A DNA stretch of 64,000 bases from Macrostomum lignano (GCA_002269645.1 NIVC01000729.1:138095-202094); one strand, 5' to 3'. Shown: positions 1 to 39,779, counted from the first letter of the stretch. Notes: generated by a model from the letters alone, not told the origin. Made by a program: numbers and translations.

Positions 1-817
1 GCGGATAATTAGCACATTATAAATGATGTAAGATGTTGCATTCGCGGACAAGCAAAACATTACACGGAACTCAGTAGTTGAAGCATACGTCAGATAAAGA
101 AGCACAATAACTACACCGGATGCTGTTGCAATCTCTCAAATTGACACTAGATAGACCGACCTAGCGCTAAGTACCATCATATAACAACTCAGTTTGTTGA
201 AAAAAATTACTGAAACATCACATACTGCCGAGACAGTCCAGACGCTTATGGCCTATGATAACTTGGCAATAACTTCGATCGCAGCTTTGTGGACTGTTGC
301 AACGACACAGATATTTTTATGCTGATAACTTCGGCTCGGCAGAACTTTGAAACTCTATCCGACACACATTGTCGAGAGTCTGTCCCGCCGTGTTCTAACA
401 CACTTGCGCTTCTGCTGCTAGCCCGGTCTGGGCTATATCAGTGTGCCTTCCCTCATCCTTGACCCGGGGCCCGCCTCTACTTTCATTATTCATGCTAAAT
501 TTGTTCCTCTTTTGCCCCGGCTCCAGCCTTCAGTGGTCTGTCTCGATTATTTTCCTACACATCGCGGCAATAGCAGAAACAACAACAGCTAGCTGGCGTC
601 CACCATTCGCCCCCTCCCACTGTATCCTGCTGTTAAATATTTAATTTGACAGAATAATTTTATCTATATAATATTACTTACATGTGAAAGGCTTTTCTGG
701 AATTCATTCTGTTATGCTTTCAGCTTTGACTGTCGAGCGCACCCCTATTCTTTCATGCTGTCTGCTTGCTTTTCTATCTTCTGGCGGTACATTTCTGAGA
801 AAAGTGCAGCTTTTTTT

Positions 818-1060
818 CGGGTTCGATTCTTGACTCAATCAGAACAATTTGTGCCCTTAAGAAAGATTCTTAACTCTGCATTGCTTCAGTTCAACCAGTT
901 GTAAAATGGGTGCCAGCGTTAGCTGGGGTAATTTAGGGTATGTGTGGCGATCCATCAGTCCTTGGACTGAACAGCTTTCAGATGCGCCGCGCAATAGCTG
1001 CGGCTGAGCTGTCGGTTGCACATCTGGCCCAATTGAGGCAGGTGTAATCAATTATTATTT
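818..1060 (+). mobile_element. tRNA-derived SINE fragment with CORE-like central domain
   Basis: B-box GGGTTCGATTC is followed by ...ttaactctgcattgcttcagttcaaccagttgtaaaatgggtgccag and an (ATT)n tail. It is near-identical to the inverted copy at 23571-23700. Confidence 0.6.
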
Positions 1061-2264
1061 AGCGAAGAAGTCACACTGTTTCCCGCCAATGTCTAATTTA
1101 ACGCCCAAACCCTAACTTGATGTCTCATACCTGAATCTAATGCTCTAATTTCCTAATTTTGCCCTTCAACTCTTCATAGTTAATGCGCCAACCCCACTGT
1201 AAATGTGACGTTGAAATCCTCAATTTAAATGTGCCTCTTGTCTCTTCCTAACGGACTCAAAAAGGGTTTCACATCTTGCAAAATGTGTGAAAATCCAAAA
1301 GGAAATTGGATTTTCCGTTGTCTTTTAAAGAAACAGCAAGCATTGCCCAGGTATTTTGAGCGGGGATGATCTGAGTGGCCTTTGATTAGCTAGTGGATAA
1401 TTGGATCTCAAATTTGAGCAGTTTAATGAGTCCCTTGGTCATAATAACTTCTACTAGGCGTTGAAACTAGCTAATTCGAAAAAGTAAACAGTTGGAATAT
1501 TGTTGCGCATATTTGTATTCTACGAAGGCTCCGATTCCAAACATGGAATTTGGATGTGAATTATGATGCAGCAGCCACCTTCCGTGCAGCTGTGTTGCGA
1601 GGTCCCTATGGGAGTCGGACGCACACTGAATGGGCGTTTTATATTGTGCCAAAATTAGACAAATTAGCTGGTGTTGCACACACATGCATACAAGCCTGCC
1701 ATTCTGCACTAATGTTGTTTTATGCGTTCCTATTTGTATCGCAGCTCCACTGGAAATAATATAATCATATTTTATTCTAATTAATAATTTATTAGCCTGA
1801 AAAGAAGTCGCAACCACCTGATGTTCGCTCGCATTGTATGGTTCTGTTGGACAAGCCTCTCTTGGGTAGTTGCTATGGGAGAGCGGAAAAGTCTCAAAGA
1901 TCTTTGGTAGTTTGTTCAAATATCGATAACTTGTGTGACCTTTCCATCAACTAGTCCTAGGTGAATAAGATAGATAACTAGATGTATAAATTTCTGTATC
2001 TGTGTGTGCGTTCTGTAGCCTTGTGAATAATTTAAATTGAGTGTGCCCTAATGTTGACTGCCAAGTAGAGATGTGGAGTCTCATATCATGTATCAGTTTG
2101 ATAATCAGTTTGCTCCACTGCTCTCGCTTCTCTGCATGCCAACTTAACTTGGTCTCAGCCCTGAGAAATAGTAAAGGAAGGATTATATAGTTTACAGTAG
2201 ACATGACTAAGCTTTTGTAATGCAAGTGTACATGTAACTTACAGGGTAGAAGGGAGGGCCAGCT

Positions 2265-2740
2265 ATGGAGGGTAAAGAGATGGCAAGATACTGAGGGTAA
2301 ATAGAGGGTAAGATATTGATGGTAAAGAGAGGGTAAGATATTGATGGTAAAGAGAGGGTAAGATATTGATGGTAAAGAGAGGGTAAGATATTGATGGTAA
2401 AGAGAGGGTAAGATATTGATGGTAAAGAGAGGGTAAGATATTGATGGTAAAGAGAGTAGACACTGAGCGTGTAAAGAGGGTAGACACGGATGGTGTAAAG
2501 AGAGTAGACGCGGGGGTGTAAAGATGGTATACACGGAGGGTGTAAAGAGAGTAGACGCGGGGGTGTAAAGATGGTATACACGGAGGGTGTAAAGAGGGTA
2601 GATACGGAGGGTGTAAAGAAGGTAGACACGGAGGGTGTAAAGAAGGTAGACACGGAGGGTGTGAAGAGGGTAGACACGGAGGGTGTAAAGAGAGTAGACA
2701 CGGGGGTGTAAAGATGGTATATACGGAGGGTGTAGTGTCT
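2265..2740. repeat. Two adjacent about 25-bp purine-rich minisatellites
   Basis: Units gagagggtaagatattgatggtaaa and gtagacacggagggtgtaaagagag. Confidence 0.85.
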
Positions 2741-4424
2741 CAGAGTGTAGACTTAAAACTGAGCTTGAAGAAGCTAGAGATGTAGATAGAAAATCATTCT
2801 TTAAATAATGAACAATAATTAATCCATTTTTCCTAGAAAATCTGCAATTTCTGCCACAATCAATTTTAAAATTGACTTCCATTGGTTAGTCAGATTTGCA
2901 AGACAATGAAATTTACTCTTCAAATTGTCAATGGAATTATCTTAAACATGCGGGACCTGTTCGACCCGTATGTGAGCTTTGATAAATTATACAATAATTC
3001 TAAATATTGGGCAATTTTCCAGTATTTCTCTCTCTTTCAAAAGTCCCTCCCTCCCAAATCCGTCCCCTTATAGAAGCAGATATTCGAGCAATAACGGGAT
3101 AACAGGCCTATCTGTTCTACCCCGCATTGCAGGGCGGATAATTTGCCGAGAAAATCTATCTATCGCCATCAGCCAGCCTCTTTTTATCGTAGTAGACGAG
3201 TCTTCATGAGCTCTGCCTGTCTGTCTGTCTTCTGCTTCGGGCTTTAATCAATTCTCAGGCGACTATGAGTCCTTTCTAGCCTTTCTTTCCACTTTCTACC
3301 CCACAGCAGGACCCTTTTGGACTGTATTATATAAAAAAGTTTCAAATTTGAGTATCGGCTTCTTTGGACAGGAGCTGAAATCGGATCTCGTTGACACTGA
3401 GCTGATTTTGAGCAAATGCTGCTTCATTCTGATTGATAAAAATCGTCTTTTTGGGAGGGGTGGGGGGGCTAAAGACACTGACTGATGCCTGAAAATGGGA
3501 TTAATTTGATTTTTCTGAACTTTATTATTAAAGCTACTCTGTTCGGTGCTCTACCAGGTAACTGAGTATTTTTTAATATTTCTATAAGTTTATGAGTTAA
3601 TAGTTGACTTTATCCATGTTTTAACAGTTTTTAATATTTGTTTATGTTTTAATACACTTAGAATTGCCGTCGAAGCTTATTGCTATTAGCCCTGTTGAAT
3701 AAAATGACACAGCGGCTTGCTCTGAGTCTGAAAAAGTGCTCAGCATTCACTGATTTCTCATCGCCATGGAAACGTGTGCGTGTATGTTTAACATTTCGAC
3801 GAATTCCATTGATTCTTGGTCACATTGTGCTGAAGTGAAATATTATTTTTGCTTCATTATCGGCGAAAAATGAAGATGATAATTTTTTAGGCCCTAATTG
3901 GGACAGCCGACAGAGAATCAGAACGCTTCCAGAGTTACGGTTTCCGGCCCTAATCAATCGATTTTTGGATCGATATTTTTTGCCTATGGTTTTTTTCTTT
4001 TCGCCTGCAGATTAACTCATGCACTTTAAAGTTTCGGTTAGTTAGTTGGCAAATTATTACGAAATCATTAATTGGATTATTGTTACAGAATTTAGGTATT
4101 AATAAAACTACTTGGTGTCTTGAAGCTTGCTCTTGATGCAAGTTCCCTCGGTGACCAATAGATCAGGAGGGCTCTGGCTTAAACAGCTCCTTTTTCTTCT
4201 CTTTCAAAACCGGCTGCTTCGTTAGCGCGCGAGTCAATGATGGTTGGGGGGTGGATGGGGCGGGAGGTGCCTGAGGATGCAGTGGAGATGCTGTGACCGG
4301 CAGTTCCTTTTACACGCGTTTCGCATCCGGCTGATTCTTAATGTCCGCGTCCTTGTAGTCAGCTGCGCCATGGAGTGCTGGAGCTAGAGCTTGGACTGTT
4401 TAAACTGTCATAGAGTATCTGTTT

Positions 4425-5095
<671 letters not shown>

Positions 5096-6119
5096 GTATA
5101 TCTATCTAACAGAAGTTATGATTGTTCTAGTAGAGGATAGCACAGAGGCTGTACGCGGTAAGAGTTTCTAGTACTCCAAGCTCTGGTTCAAAGTCTTCCC
5201 TGGCTATGCTGTCCCCCAGACTCCTCCTCATCAGCTCTGAGTTGAATAGATTTTTTTCAGCTACTCTTCGGCAAGCGGCTACCAAAGCTTTTTATTCACG
5301 CGGACTAGAATAGACTTCTTCTTCTAGAGGCAGGGTGAAGGAGCCAAGGCGCATTTCGGTTTGTCGCTGCATCAGTGCCGGATTATTATTAGAAGCTTTT
5401 TGTTTTTCTTCTATTAAACTTGAGCAAACAGGGGTCCTCGTAAAGTGATTTAGTTCAACCTTGCTCAGGGACTGTTATGGCTGTTGGACTAGAAACCTAG
5501 ACTGCCGGATTTCTCAAAGAATTGCTAACCATTCCATAAGGGTTGGTCCAAATTTTAAAGTAATTTGTAACGAAGAATTTTTTATTATAAGTTTTTTAAG
5601 GTTAAGCTAAGTTGGTAGGGGTTAGCACGCCACTGAATATGCGGGTTACTATCTATATGAGTCCCTATATGAATTCATAGTTGTCTAGGTAGTGGCCTCT
5701 CCCAGTCCATCGACCCGATCCAGAGGTCCACAGCCCAGACTTTGTGACCACTGGGCTTATACTTTTTGCTACATATTTCTTATGCACATGGGATTGGATT
5801 GTTTTGCTTCTAAACAGACCTGGTTACCCCAGTGCCCAGCCTTGTGCCAATAAGTCCTCTCATTCCCCTTGAGCTTGCAAGCTCAAATCTTTTGTTTGAA
5901 TTTCAGTTTTGTTTGACTTGATCTGTTAGTTTTATTGAACCAGTTTGGGTGTCTTTGGATAAGTTGATTAGGTTTTGATTAAAATTCAAACTCATAACTT
6001 TATTATCCTGCCTCATGGTGCTGATGGAATTGCTATCCTGTATGCATTTTTTGTCCGCTTATCCACCGGAAACTTCAGATCCTGAAGCCATACACTCCAG
6101 TATAACAGTGGCATTATTG

Positions 6120-6730
6120 CCTCTGAAACTTCAGGTCCTGAGGCTACCCGCTCCAGTATAAAAGCAACTAGAAGGCCTCTGAAACTTCAGGTCCTGAGGC
6201 TACCCGCTCCAGTATAAAAGCAACTAGAAGGCCTCGAAACTTCAGGGCCTGAGGCTACCCACTCCAGTATAAAAGCAACTAGAAGGCCTCTGAAACTTCA
6301 GGGCCTGAGGCTACCCACTTCAGTATAAAAGTATAAAAAGGCCTCTGAATCTTTAAGGGCTGAGGCTACCCACTCCAGTATAAAAGCAACTAGAAGGCCT
6401 CTGAAACTTCAGGGCCTGAGGCTACCCACTCCAGTTTAAAAGGCCTCTGAAACTTCAGGGCCTGAGGCTACCCACTCCAGTTTAAAAGGCCTCTGAAACT
6501 TCAGGTCCTGAGGCTACCCACTCCAGTATAAAAGGCCTCTGAAACTTCAGGTCCTGAGGCTACCCACTCCAGTATAAAAGTATACAAAAGGCCTCTGAAA
6601 CTTCAGGTCCTGAGGCTACCCACTCCAGTATAAAAGTATACAAAAGGCCTCTGAAACTTCAGGTCCTGAGGCTACCCACTCCAGTATAAAAGTATACAAA
6701 AGGCCTCTGAAACTTTAGGGCCTGAGGCTA
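6120..6730. repeat. About 46-56 bp minisatellite
   Basis: Unit ggcctctgaaacttcaggtcctgaggctacccactccagtataaaag with a variable tail. Confidence 0.9.
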
Positions 6731-6807
6731 ATTACTCTAATTTATGAGCTTCGCAAAACTAGAAGCTTTATTAAAATGCTATTGTTTTCATTCCCACACA
6801 TTGGCAG

Positions 6808-31674
<24,867 letters not shown>

Positions 31675-33234
31675 CGCTGCAGAAGGAGTTGAGGATGCAT
31701 GCGTGAATTAATAATAATTTTTTCTTTCTGGGTTTGATGGGGGACAAAGTTTTTTTCACCCAAATTTCACTTAAACCGTTTCCTAGAACTATTATTAACC
31801 CCCAATATTACTGTTGTTTTGTGGTTTGGTCATAACTATATTTAACCTGCTCGTTTTGTATTATTCCGAATTGTTAAATTGTCGTTTTAATTGGTCAGCT
31901 AATTAACAATTTAAACAACTTTTTCGAGAGAAAAACACTAATTTTATTGCTAGCCTACTTACAGTAAAAAGCTATGAAAATTGCAGTAAAAAAACTAGCA
32001 GACTTTTAAAAACGGCAAAGAAATTCACGAGCGATTTTTTCGAAATCTACTGAATTACTCAATCTATCTTATTTAATTTAAGACGTTTTTTCGCAGTTGT
32101 TGTGATTTACTAAACATTAAAATGATTTATTATTCGCCATATATTATTGCTGTTTCTGCCGCTACTCCTTTGTCTGCACTCTCATCGCACACAAACGCAC
32201 TCGAGTGGAATCAAAAGCATATTTTTCTTAAGTTGTTTTTTTTCAAAAAATTCCAAGTTCTCATTGAGTCATCATTTTTCTATTTTAGTCATTATTGGTT
32301 ATTCCGAATTTGATTGATTTTTTTCTATTGTTATTTCATTGAAAAAAATCAATTCACAATATATAATTGAACCTTTCATTTCATTCATTCATCTTTATAT
32401 ATTCGTGAAACATAAATCTTAGTCTCAGTCTTATGTTTTTCATCTTGGTTAGCAGGAATCTTTTGGAGCATGAGCGGTAAAGTTCAAGTTTACTGCTGGC
32501 ATGACCTGTGAGTCGTGACTGACCGCCATTTTATAACATTAATTATTATTTTAAGAACCATTCCTATTCTTGAAAAATACACATTAAATTATAGAAACAG
32601 ACATTGTTTGTTGTTTTAAAAAATATTAGACAACCTAGAAATGTTTTATTTTAATTACATCAATTATTGTATTTTAGGGCCTAGATAATACACTAATGTG
32701 GAATTAAAGCTGTTAGCGGTTTTATAGTGGTTTTGATTTTGTAGCGATTCGATTTTTATGGTCTCTCTAACTTTACGACTAATGTACATTTAGTCCTGTA
32801 CATCTCTTCTCAGCCCAATATTCTCCGCTGGCAAGCCCAACTAGTTGTTAAATTGAGGAGGTGGGTTCTTTGCGTACATTCCCCGACCGTCGTCTTCTCG
32901 TCCTTTTCTTTATCATCGCCACCCCACCCCCCTCCCCCCTCTAGCCAGCCTGGCCTTTTTTCACACCCTCGCGCACCCCCCTCGTCGCCGCGTTCTCAAT
33001 CTGCCTTCCACTCCGCTTTCTCTCTCGCCTCTCTCAGCGCTCACTGCCAGGGCCGAGGGTTAAGAGGAAAGCCAACCCCAGTTGTCATAACAACACTCTA
33101 CCCGCCCGCCCCTTATATTTCTCTAAAGCGTCTTTCTGAGGCGCGCCAATTTAAACAGGCTATTTTAGTTGGTATTTTTTTCCTGGTCTTAAAATTGAAT
33201 TGAAATATACATACAGAAGTTGCTAAAAAGCCAA

Positions 33235-33879
33235 ATGACGGTAGAGAAACCGGAGGCCGATGCGGCTGCGGAGGCAGCGGCCGCGCCCGTGGCAAAACTG
33301 CGCGTCAGCAATCCGAAAGAGGAGCTGCTCTGCCAGGCGGCCGAGGATGGCGATTGTAAAACGATTGGCAAGCTGATCAGCGAAATTGAGAATGTTGAGC
33401 TCAAATGGCCCAGGCTAGAGAATGTAAACTGTTTGGACGCATTGGGTCGCACGGCGCTGATGCGAGCTTCCCAAGCCGGTCACTACGAGGCCGTGAAACT
33501 GCTAGTTGCCAACGGAGCCGATGTGAATTATCGCGACTGGAACGGAGTCACCGCTCTGCACTTGGCAGCCAAGCATCACCAATTGCAGGTGGTGAAGTTC
33601 CTCATCATGTCCGAGGCGAGGCTGGACGCGCTGACCCGAACCGGCCTGGCACCCATCGACTTGGCCAGGTACAACTCGGACACCTGGACAGTCCTTCGAC
33701 AGGCAGCCACGGGCACCATGCCGACGGTGGACCATCTGGTGCAGACTATCGAGGTGCCCCTGGTGCCAGCCTACGCCATCCCGAAGCCGAAATCGGGCGA
33801 CGGTAAGAAGAAAGGCAAGAAAGGCGGCAAGAAGAGCGGCAAGAAGGGCAAGAAGGGTGGAAAGAAGAAGAAGAAGTGA
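33235..33879 (+). CDS. Small ankyrin-repeat protein (about 3 ANK repeats) with Lys/Gly-rich basic C-terminal tail, 214 aa, single coding exon
   Basis: First ATG in the ORF is at 33235. ANK consensus segments DALGRTALMRASQAGHYEAVKLLVANGADVN and DWNGVTALHLAAKHHQLQVVKFLI; the tail is GDGKKKGKKGGKKSGKKGKKGGKKKKK. Confidence 0.85.
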   Translation: MTVEKPEADAAAEAAAAPVAKLRVSNPKEELLCQAAEDGDCKTIGKLISEIENVELKWPRLENVNCLDALGRTALMRASQAGHYEAVKLLVANGADVNYRDWNGVTALHLAAKHHQLQVVKFLIMSEARLDALTRTGLAPIDLARYNSDTWTVLRQAATGTMPTVDHLVQTIEVPLVPAYAIPKPKSGDGKKKGKKGGKKSGKKGKKGGKKKKK

Positions 33880-34659
33880 AATGCGCACACGTTCGCCCGT
33901 TTTGGAATCGCTGTTGTTTTTGCTTGACAGCATTTTGTCTTTTCCTATCGTTTACTTGAGCAACTTCTTTCACTATGGCGGGAGATTATCATCTACCGGT
34001 ATTTGCGAGCAACAGGTGAAAATAGCGGTTACTGGTTCTTGCGTTTTAATGTCATGTTCTCCAGTAAGCCGGCACTCCGAGCTGAAGGTTGTGACCTATT
34101 GCAGAAAATATAAGTTTTTTTACTCCCAGAAATAGTTAATTTGAAATTCTATCAAAAATCGTTTTGTTATATTGATAGGTTATTTTTGTACACAATTCAA
34201 TTTTAAAGAGATTTATTATGCTAACCGCTATTGCAAATATAAAAATCAAAGCTAACTAAAATTTTTGTAGCGAGCGGTTCATTATTTTAGTTGAATGACT
34301 TGTTGTCTTTTTTGTTTTGTTCACCGGTAATGTTTAAAAAGCTCACCTGTCTAATTTCGGTGAAAAAATAGGGCAAACGGCCCTTCTAATGCATCCTAAT
34401 TGGCCCAAACTTCGTGCCTCTCCCCCGGGTCAAATGTCGATCAATCACGCTCCCTGCGCAAGCGGTTTAGTCCATCATTTATTACCTATTATTATTGGCC
34501 TGGAGTCCGACTGGGGACATCTGAAAATTAACCTGGACTGGAGGCTGTATGGCTGGCTCAATTTAAATAGCATTTATCTGGGGAGCTTTCATATCTGCGA
34601 AATTTCCTGTCTCCGAAAGCACGTCTTTCACATCTCCAACATTTCATAAATCCGACTTT

Positions 34660-36925
34660 TCATATCCTCGACACTTCATGTCTCTGACGCTTCATATCTC
34701 CGACACTTCATGTCTCCGACGCTTCATATCTCCGACACGTCATGTCTCCGACGCTTCATATCTCCGACACGTCATGTCTCCGACGCTTCATATCTCCGAC
34801 ACGTCATGTCTCCGACGCTTCATATCTCCGACACTTCATGTCTCCGACGCTTCATATCTCCGACACTTCATATCTCCGACACTTCATGTCTCCGACGCTT
34901 CATATCTCCGACACTTCATGTCTCCTACGCTTCATATCTCCGACACTTCATGTCTCCGACGCTTCATATCTCCGACACTTCATGTCTCCGACGCTTCATA
35001 TCTCCGACACTTCATATCTCCGACACTTCATGTCTCCGACGCTTCATATCTCCGACACTTCATGTCTCCGACGCTTCGTCTCTTCGACACTTCACATCTC
35101 CGGCATTATATCCCCGACACTACATATCACCGACACTTCATATCTCCGACACTTCATGTCTCCGACGCTTCATATCTCCGACACTTCATGTCTCCGACGC
35201 TTCATATCTCCGACACTTCATGTCTCTGACGCTTCATATCTCCGACACTTCATGTCTCCGACGCTTCATATCTCCGACACTTCATGTCTCCGACGCTTCA
35301 TATCTCCGACACGTCATGTCTCCGACGCTTCATATCTCCGACACGTCATGTCTCCGACGCTTCATATCTCCGACACTTCATGTCTCCGACGCTTCATATC
35401 TCCGACACTTCATATCTCCGACACTTCATGTCTCCGACGCTTCATATCTCCGACACTTCATGTCTCCTACGCTTCATATCTCCGACACTTCATGTCTCCG
35501 ACGCTTCATATCTCCGACACTTCATGTCTCCGACGCTTCATATCTCCGACACTTCATATCTCCGACACTTCATGTCTCCGACGCTTCATATCTCCGACAC
35601 TTCATGTCTCCTACGCTTCATATCTCCGACACTTCATATCTCCGACACTTCATGTCTCCGACGCTTCATATCTCCGACACTTCATGTCTCCGACGCTTCA
35701 TATCTCCGACACTTCATATCTCCGACACTTCATGTCTCCGACGCTTCATATCTCCGACACTTCATGTCTCCTACGCTTCATATCTCCGACACTTCATGTC
35801 TCCGACGCTTCATATCTCCGACACTTCATGTCTCCGACGCTTCATATCTCCGACACTTCATATCTCCGACACTTCATGTCTCCGACGCTTCATATCTCCG
35901 ACACTTCATGTCTCCGACGCTTCGTCTCTTCGACACTTCACATCTCCGGCATTATATCCCCGACACTACATATCACCGACACTTCATATCTCCGACACTT
36001 CATGTCTCCGACGCTTCATATCTCCGACACTTCATGTCTCCGACGCTTCATATCCCCGACACTTCATGTCTCTGACGCTTCATATCTCCGACACTTCATG
36101 TCTCCGACGCTTCATATCTCCGACACTTCATGTCTCCGACGCTTCATATCTCCGACACTTCATGTCTCCGACGCTTCATATCTCCGACACTTCATGTCTC
36201 CTACGCTTCATATCTCCGACACTTCATGTCTCCGACGCTTCATATCTCCGACACTTCATATCTCCGACACTTCATGTCTCCGACGCTTCATATCTCCGAC
36301 ACTTCATGTCTCCTACGCTTCATATCTCCGACACTTCATGTCTCCGACGCTTCATATCTCCGACACTTCATGTCTCCGACGCTTCATATCTCCGACACTT
36401 CATATCTCCGACACTTCATGTCTCCGACGCTTCATATCTCCGACACTTCATGTCTCCGACGCTTCGTCTCTTCGACACTTCACATCTCCGGCATTATATC
36501 CCCGACACTACATATCACCGACACTTCATATCTCCGACACTTCATGTCTCCGACGCTTCATATCTCCGACACTTCATGTCTCCGACGCTTCATATCTCCG
36601 ACACTTCATGTCTCCGACGCTTCATATCTCCGACACTTCATGTCTCCGACGCTTCGTCTCTTCGACACTTCACATCTCCGGCATTATATCCCCGACACTA
36701 CATATCACCGACGCTTCATATCTCCGACACTTCATGTCTCCGACGCTTCATGTCTCCGACGCTTCATATCTCCGACACTTCATGTCTCCGACGCTTCATA
36801 TCTCCGACACTTCACATCTTCGACACTTCACATCTCCGACACTAAATATCACCGACGCTTCACACCACCGACGCTTCACATCTCCGACACTTCACATCTC
36901 CGACACTTTATGTCTCCGACGCTTC
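34660..36925. repeat. 16-bp satellite with two alternating variants and a recurring variant block (higher-order structure)
   Basis: Units ttcatatctccgacac and ttcatgtctccgacgc. The block ttcgtctcttcgacacttcacatctccggcattatatccccgacactacatatcacc recurs at about 35075, 35925, 36465 and 36655. Confidence 0.95.
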
Positions 36926-39779
36926 ACAGCTTAACCCTAGCGAAGATATGAAGCCTGAAGCGTCGAAGTTGCTTTTCGGAGATATGTAACCCTCCTGTTC
37001 ATCTTTCTAGAAAGTTTTTTTATGCAGAATTTGTTATTGTTAAATCAATATTTCAAACTTTCTTACATCCTACGATCGTACGCACTGTATCTAACTGTAG
37101 GCTGCAGTCCTTTTAATGCCCTTCTTTATTTTGTTAAACCCAATCTGAACAACTGGCTCAATGTAATGATTTGTAAATTCGCCCCGGCGGTCTCTTTCAA
37201 ATTTTTTTTAATTCTTCTTTATTCTGACTTTTGGCTTCCAATCCATGCGCCATATCATGTGGCATACCATATAATGTGGGTATTTAGCGGTCCCTGCCAA
37301 CTTCGATGACGATAGGAGAGAGAGAGGTGGAGAGCCAGAATCGCTCTGTGTTTGTTTTTCTACTCCACAAGCTGGCGCGCGCGGGGCCCCCAGGGCGAGG
37401 CCCCCGGGGTGGAGCGACTTTGACAGGCGAGGTCGATATTCGTCAATTAAAACGGGGGTGGTGGGGGCGAAACCGCAGTCTCAGCAGCAGCCGCCGCCGC
37501 CGTTGGGAAAAACCTACAGATAACGAAAATTTCCCCATTTCTTCGAACAGAAATTGAAATTAGCCATCTATATTAGTCGGAATAAGAATTTTTGCTGATA
37601 GCGGAGAAAGCTTTCCGGAGGGTTTTGAAAGCGTTTGGCTGGGTTGTTGGAAAACAATGGATTGGTTTAGTAGATGCAGTTTGACAGTCTGCAAGCCCAA
37701 GTTGAATATTGTGTGTGGGTTTGTCTGCCATGTTTTATCTCTATTTTTTCATGCCTTTGTGTGTTGACATTTTTATCATACCTTGGCCTTTGCCCTGTTT
37801 CCCACTTCATAAGCAGGAGTCTGCGATGCCCACTTGTTAGTTTTGGCCTCCAGTTTGACTTGATCTTGCTTGTCTGCTTTTAACTTGGCAGTGAAAAAAG
37901 TGTGTTTTCAGCTTTTTAATTTGCGCTAGTAGAATTTGCGGTTAGCAACCGCATCCCAGACCAAACATTTGGTAGCACTTGTGAAAGTCACCGAATTCCA
38001 TTACGGTTTTATCCGGCCTGACTTTATTGACAAGATAAATTTCACACGTTTAGGCTTCTTGTAGTATATTGGGTTGCTACCTAGCGACCAAATTGTTTTC
38101 AAAAATTGTATTTTTGTATAGCCTGGCTGATTCCCCAGAAATATCCCCATCTTAGTGGTCGATTTCCGAGTCAGTTTGCTCGTAGTTAATAATCTTCCCT
38201 TTATAATAATTCTTTCAGGTCGGACTTTTCGGCTATTCGAAGTTTGTGGCCTGACTTGTTTTCTTCTGTCCCATATACAGTCAATTTGGCCTGGGATATA
38301 TGAAAACGGGGAACAGTTTTGACAAAGTGGATCGAGGATGTAGAAGGAACCTTGGGGTCAGTGGATTTTAGAAGTTCATCAAGGAGATCAGTTAGATCTA
38401 AAGTCTGGAAGGTAAAAATCAAAAAATTATAGAGCATTCTTCATTTCTGCTTATTATTCCTGCAAAATCCAGATCCCATATTTGCGGCCTCCTTAACTCC
38501 GTGCACTGTCGGTCGGCCTCCTCCTGGGCTGCTTCCACTTTTCATTTTTCTGTGAAGCAACCGCCGCAGCCGGGTATGGCATAAATTGGCAAATTTTGAT
38601 GGGGGCCCAACCATCCCCCATCGGTTCCTTCCCGTATTTATTAGACAGAGATTTGACCACCGCTGCCTTGATGGGAATATTCTGTGTGACGTATTTATTA
38701 AGGACAGAAAAGGAAAGCATTATAGACTGACTCGAATAAGCTCGAGTGGCTTATACAGACTTCTGCCCTTATTGCTGCTTGCAGTTCGATGTCATGGTTA
38801 CCTGGCTTTGCTGGGATGCTGGACCTTTGATGCTGGATAGAATCCCTCTGTATCACTGTCTCTCCTGCTGGACTTACCCTTATGTAATTCTGAGGGTTAA
38901 TAAAACATGATGTGCCCCCCCCCCCAAAGGCATCATTTTGGATGACTTTTTGCCCCCCCCCCGCTGCCTGACAGGTGGCTGGAAGTCTCACACATTAAAC
39001 TTGCGTAGCTAGGGCATTTCCCGTGAAATGTCGCGCCACCTATCTTATCCCTTCTACCTCTGCAGCCGCATCCCCCAGCTGGATTAATCCACAAATTTGT
39101 ACACAATAACCACAATAAGCTAAACATACGTAGTTGGCATTTCCTAATCTGCAATTTTTACGAGTCTATATAACATAATGTTAGAAAGTTTCCGCAATGT
39201 CACCCACTACTATATGCTGCAAACGATGCGTTGTTAATCTCGTGGTCACTTAGCCATGGTAACGCTTTATTATTTGGCTGGTTATAAGCTGTAGCTTTTT
39301 AACTCGCTCTCTTAGCAAGCCATAAAATATCCCCATCTCGATTGGGACATTTTTGCTTCTCGGGGCAGCAACGGATTTTGTGCGTGTCTGTATGTTTTTT
39401 GCTTGTAAGATAAAGATTTATTAGCATTGGTTTTGATTACACTTTCCTATAGTACGAGATTTAGAATGCTTTGGCAAGATCTGTCCACCTGTTTATGCCT
39501 GTGTGTGCGGTTATAAAATTGATTTTTTTCACGCCGGATTATCAATTTGGAAAATCCCAACTTCAAGCCGAGGGGGTTGGATACTACTTTATGAGATTGT
39601 AGTTCATGCCCGGTATTTCCGCTCTGAAATGTAAACTGAGTGTTCTGATTCAAGTAATCACACGGTTGCTTTTAATTTTCAACGGTGTTTTACACCTTCA
39701 GATAACCTATACAAAAGATTATTATTCTGTTGGTAAATTCATTGTCCTATTCCCAAAATCCATTGTATTGTGCAGGGAC

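Noticed and set aside
100-420. Faint hAT-transposase-like words (ITETSHTAETV)
   Set aside because: Multiple stops, no catalytic motifs and no TIRs; the similarity is too weak without a search.
5113-5240. Possible upstream VPS13 exons (VMIVLVEDSTEAVR; YSKLWFK)
   Set aside because: The pieces cannot be joined by a plausible intron, and the second runs into a stop with no usable donor.
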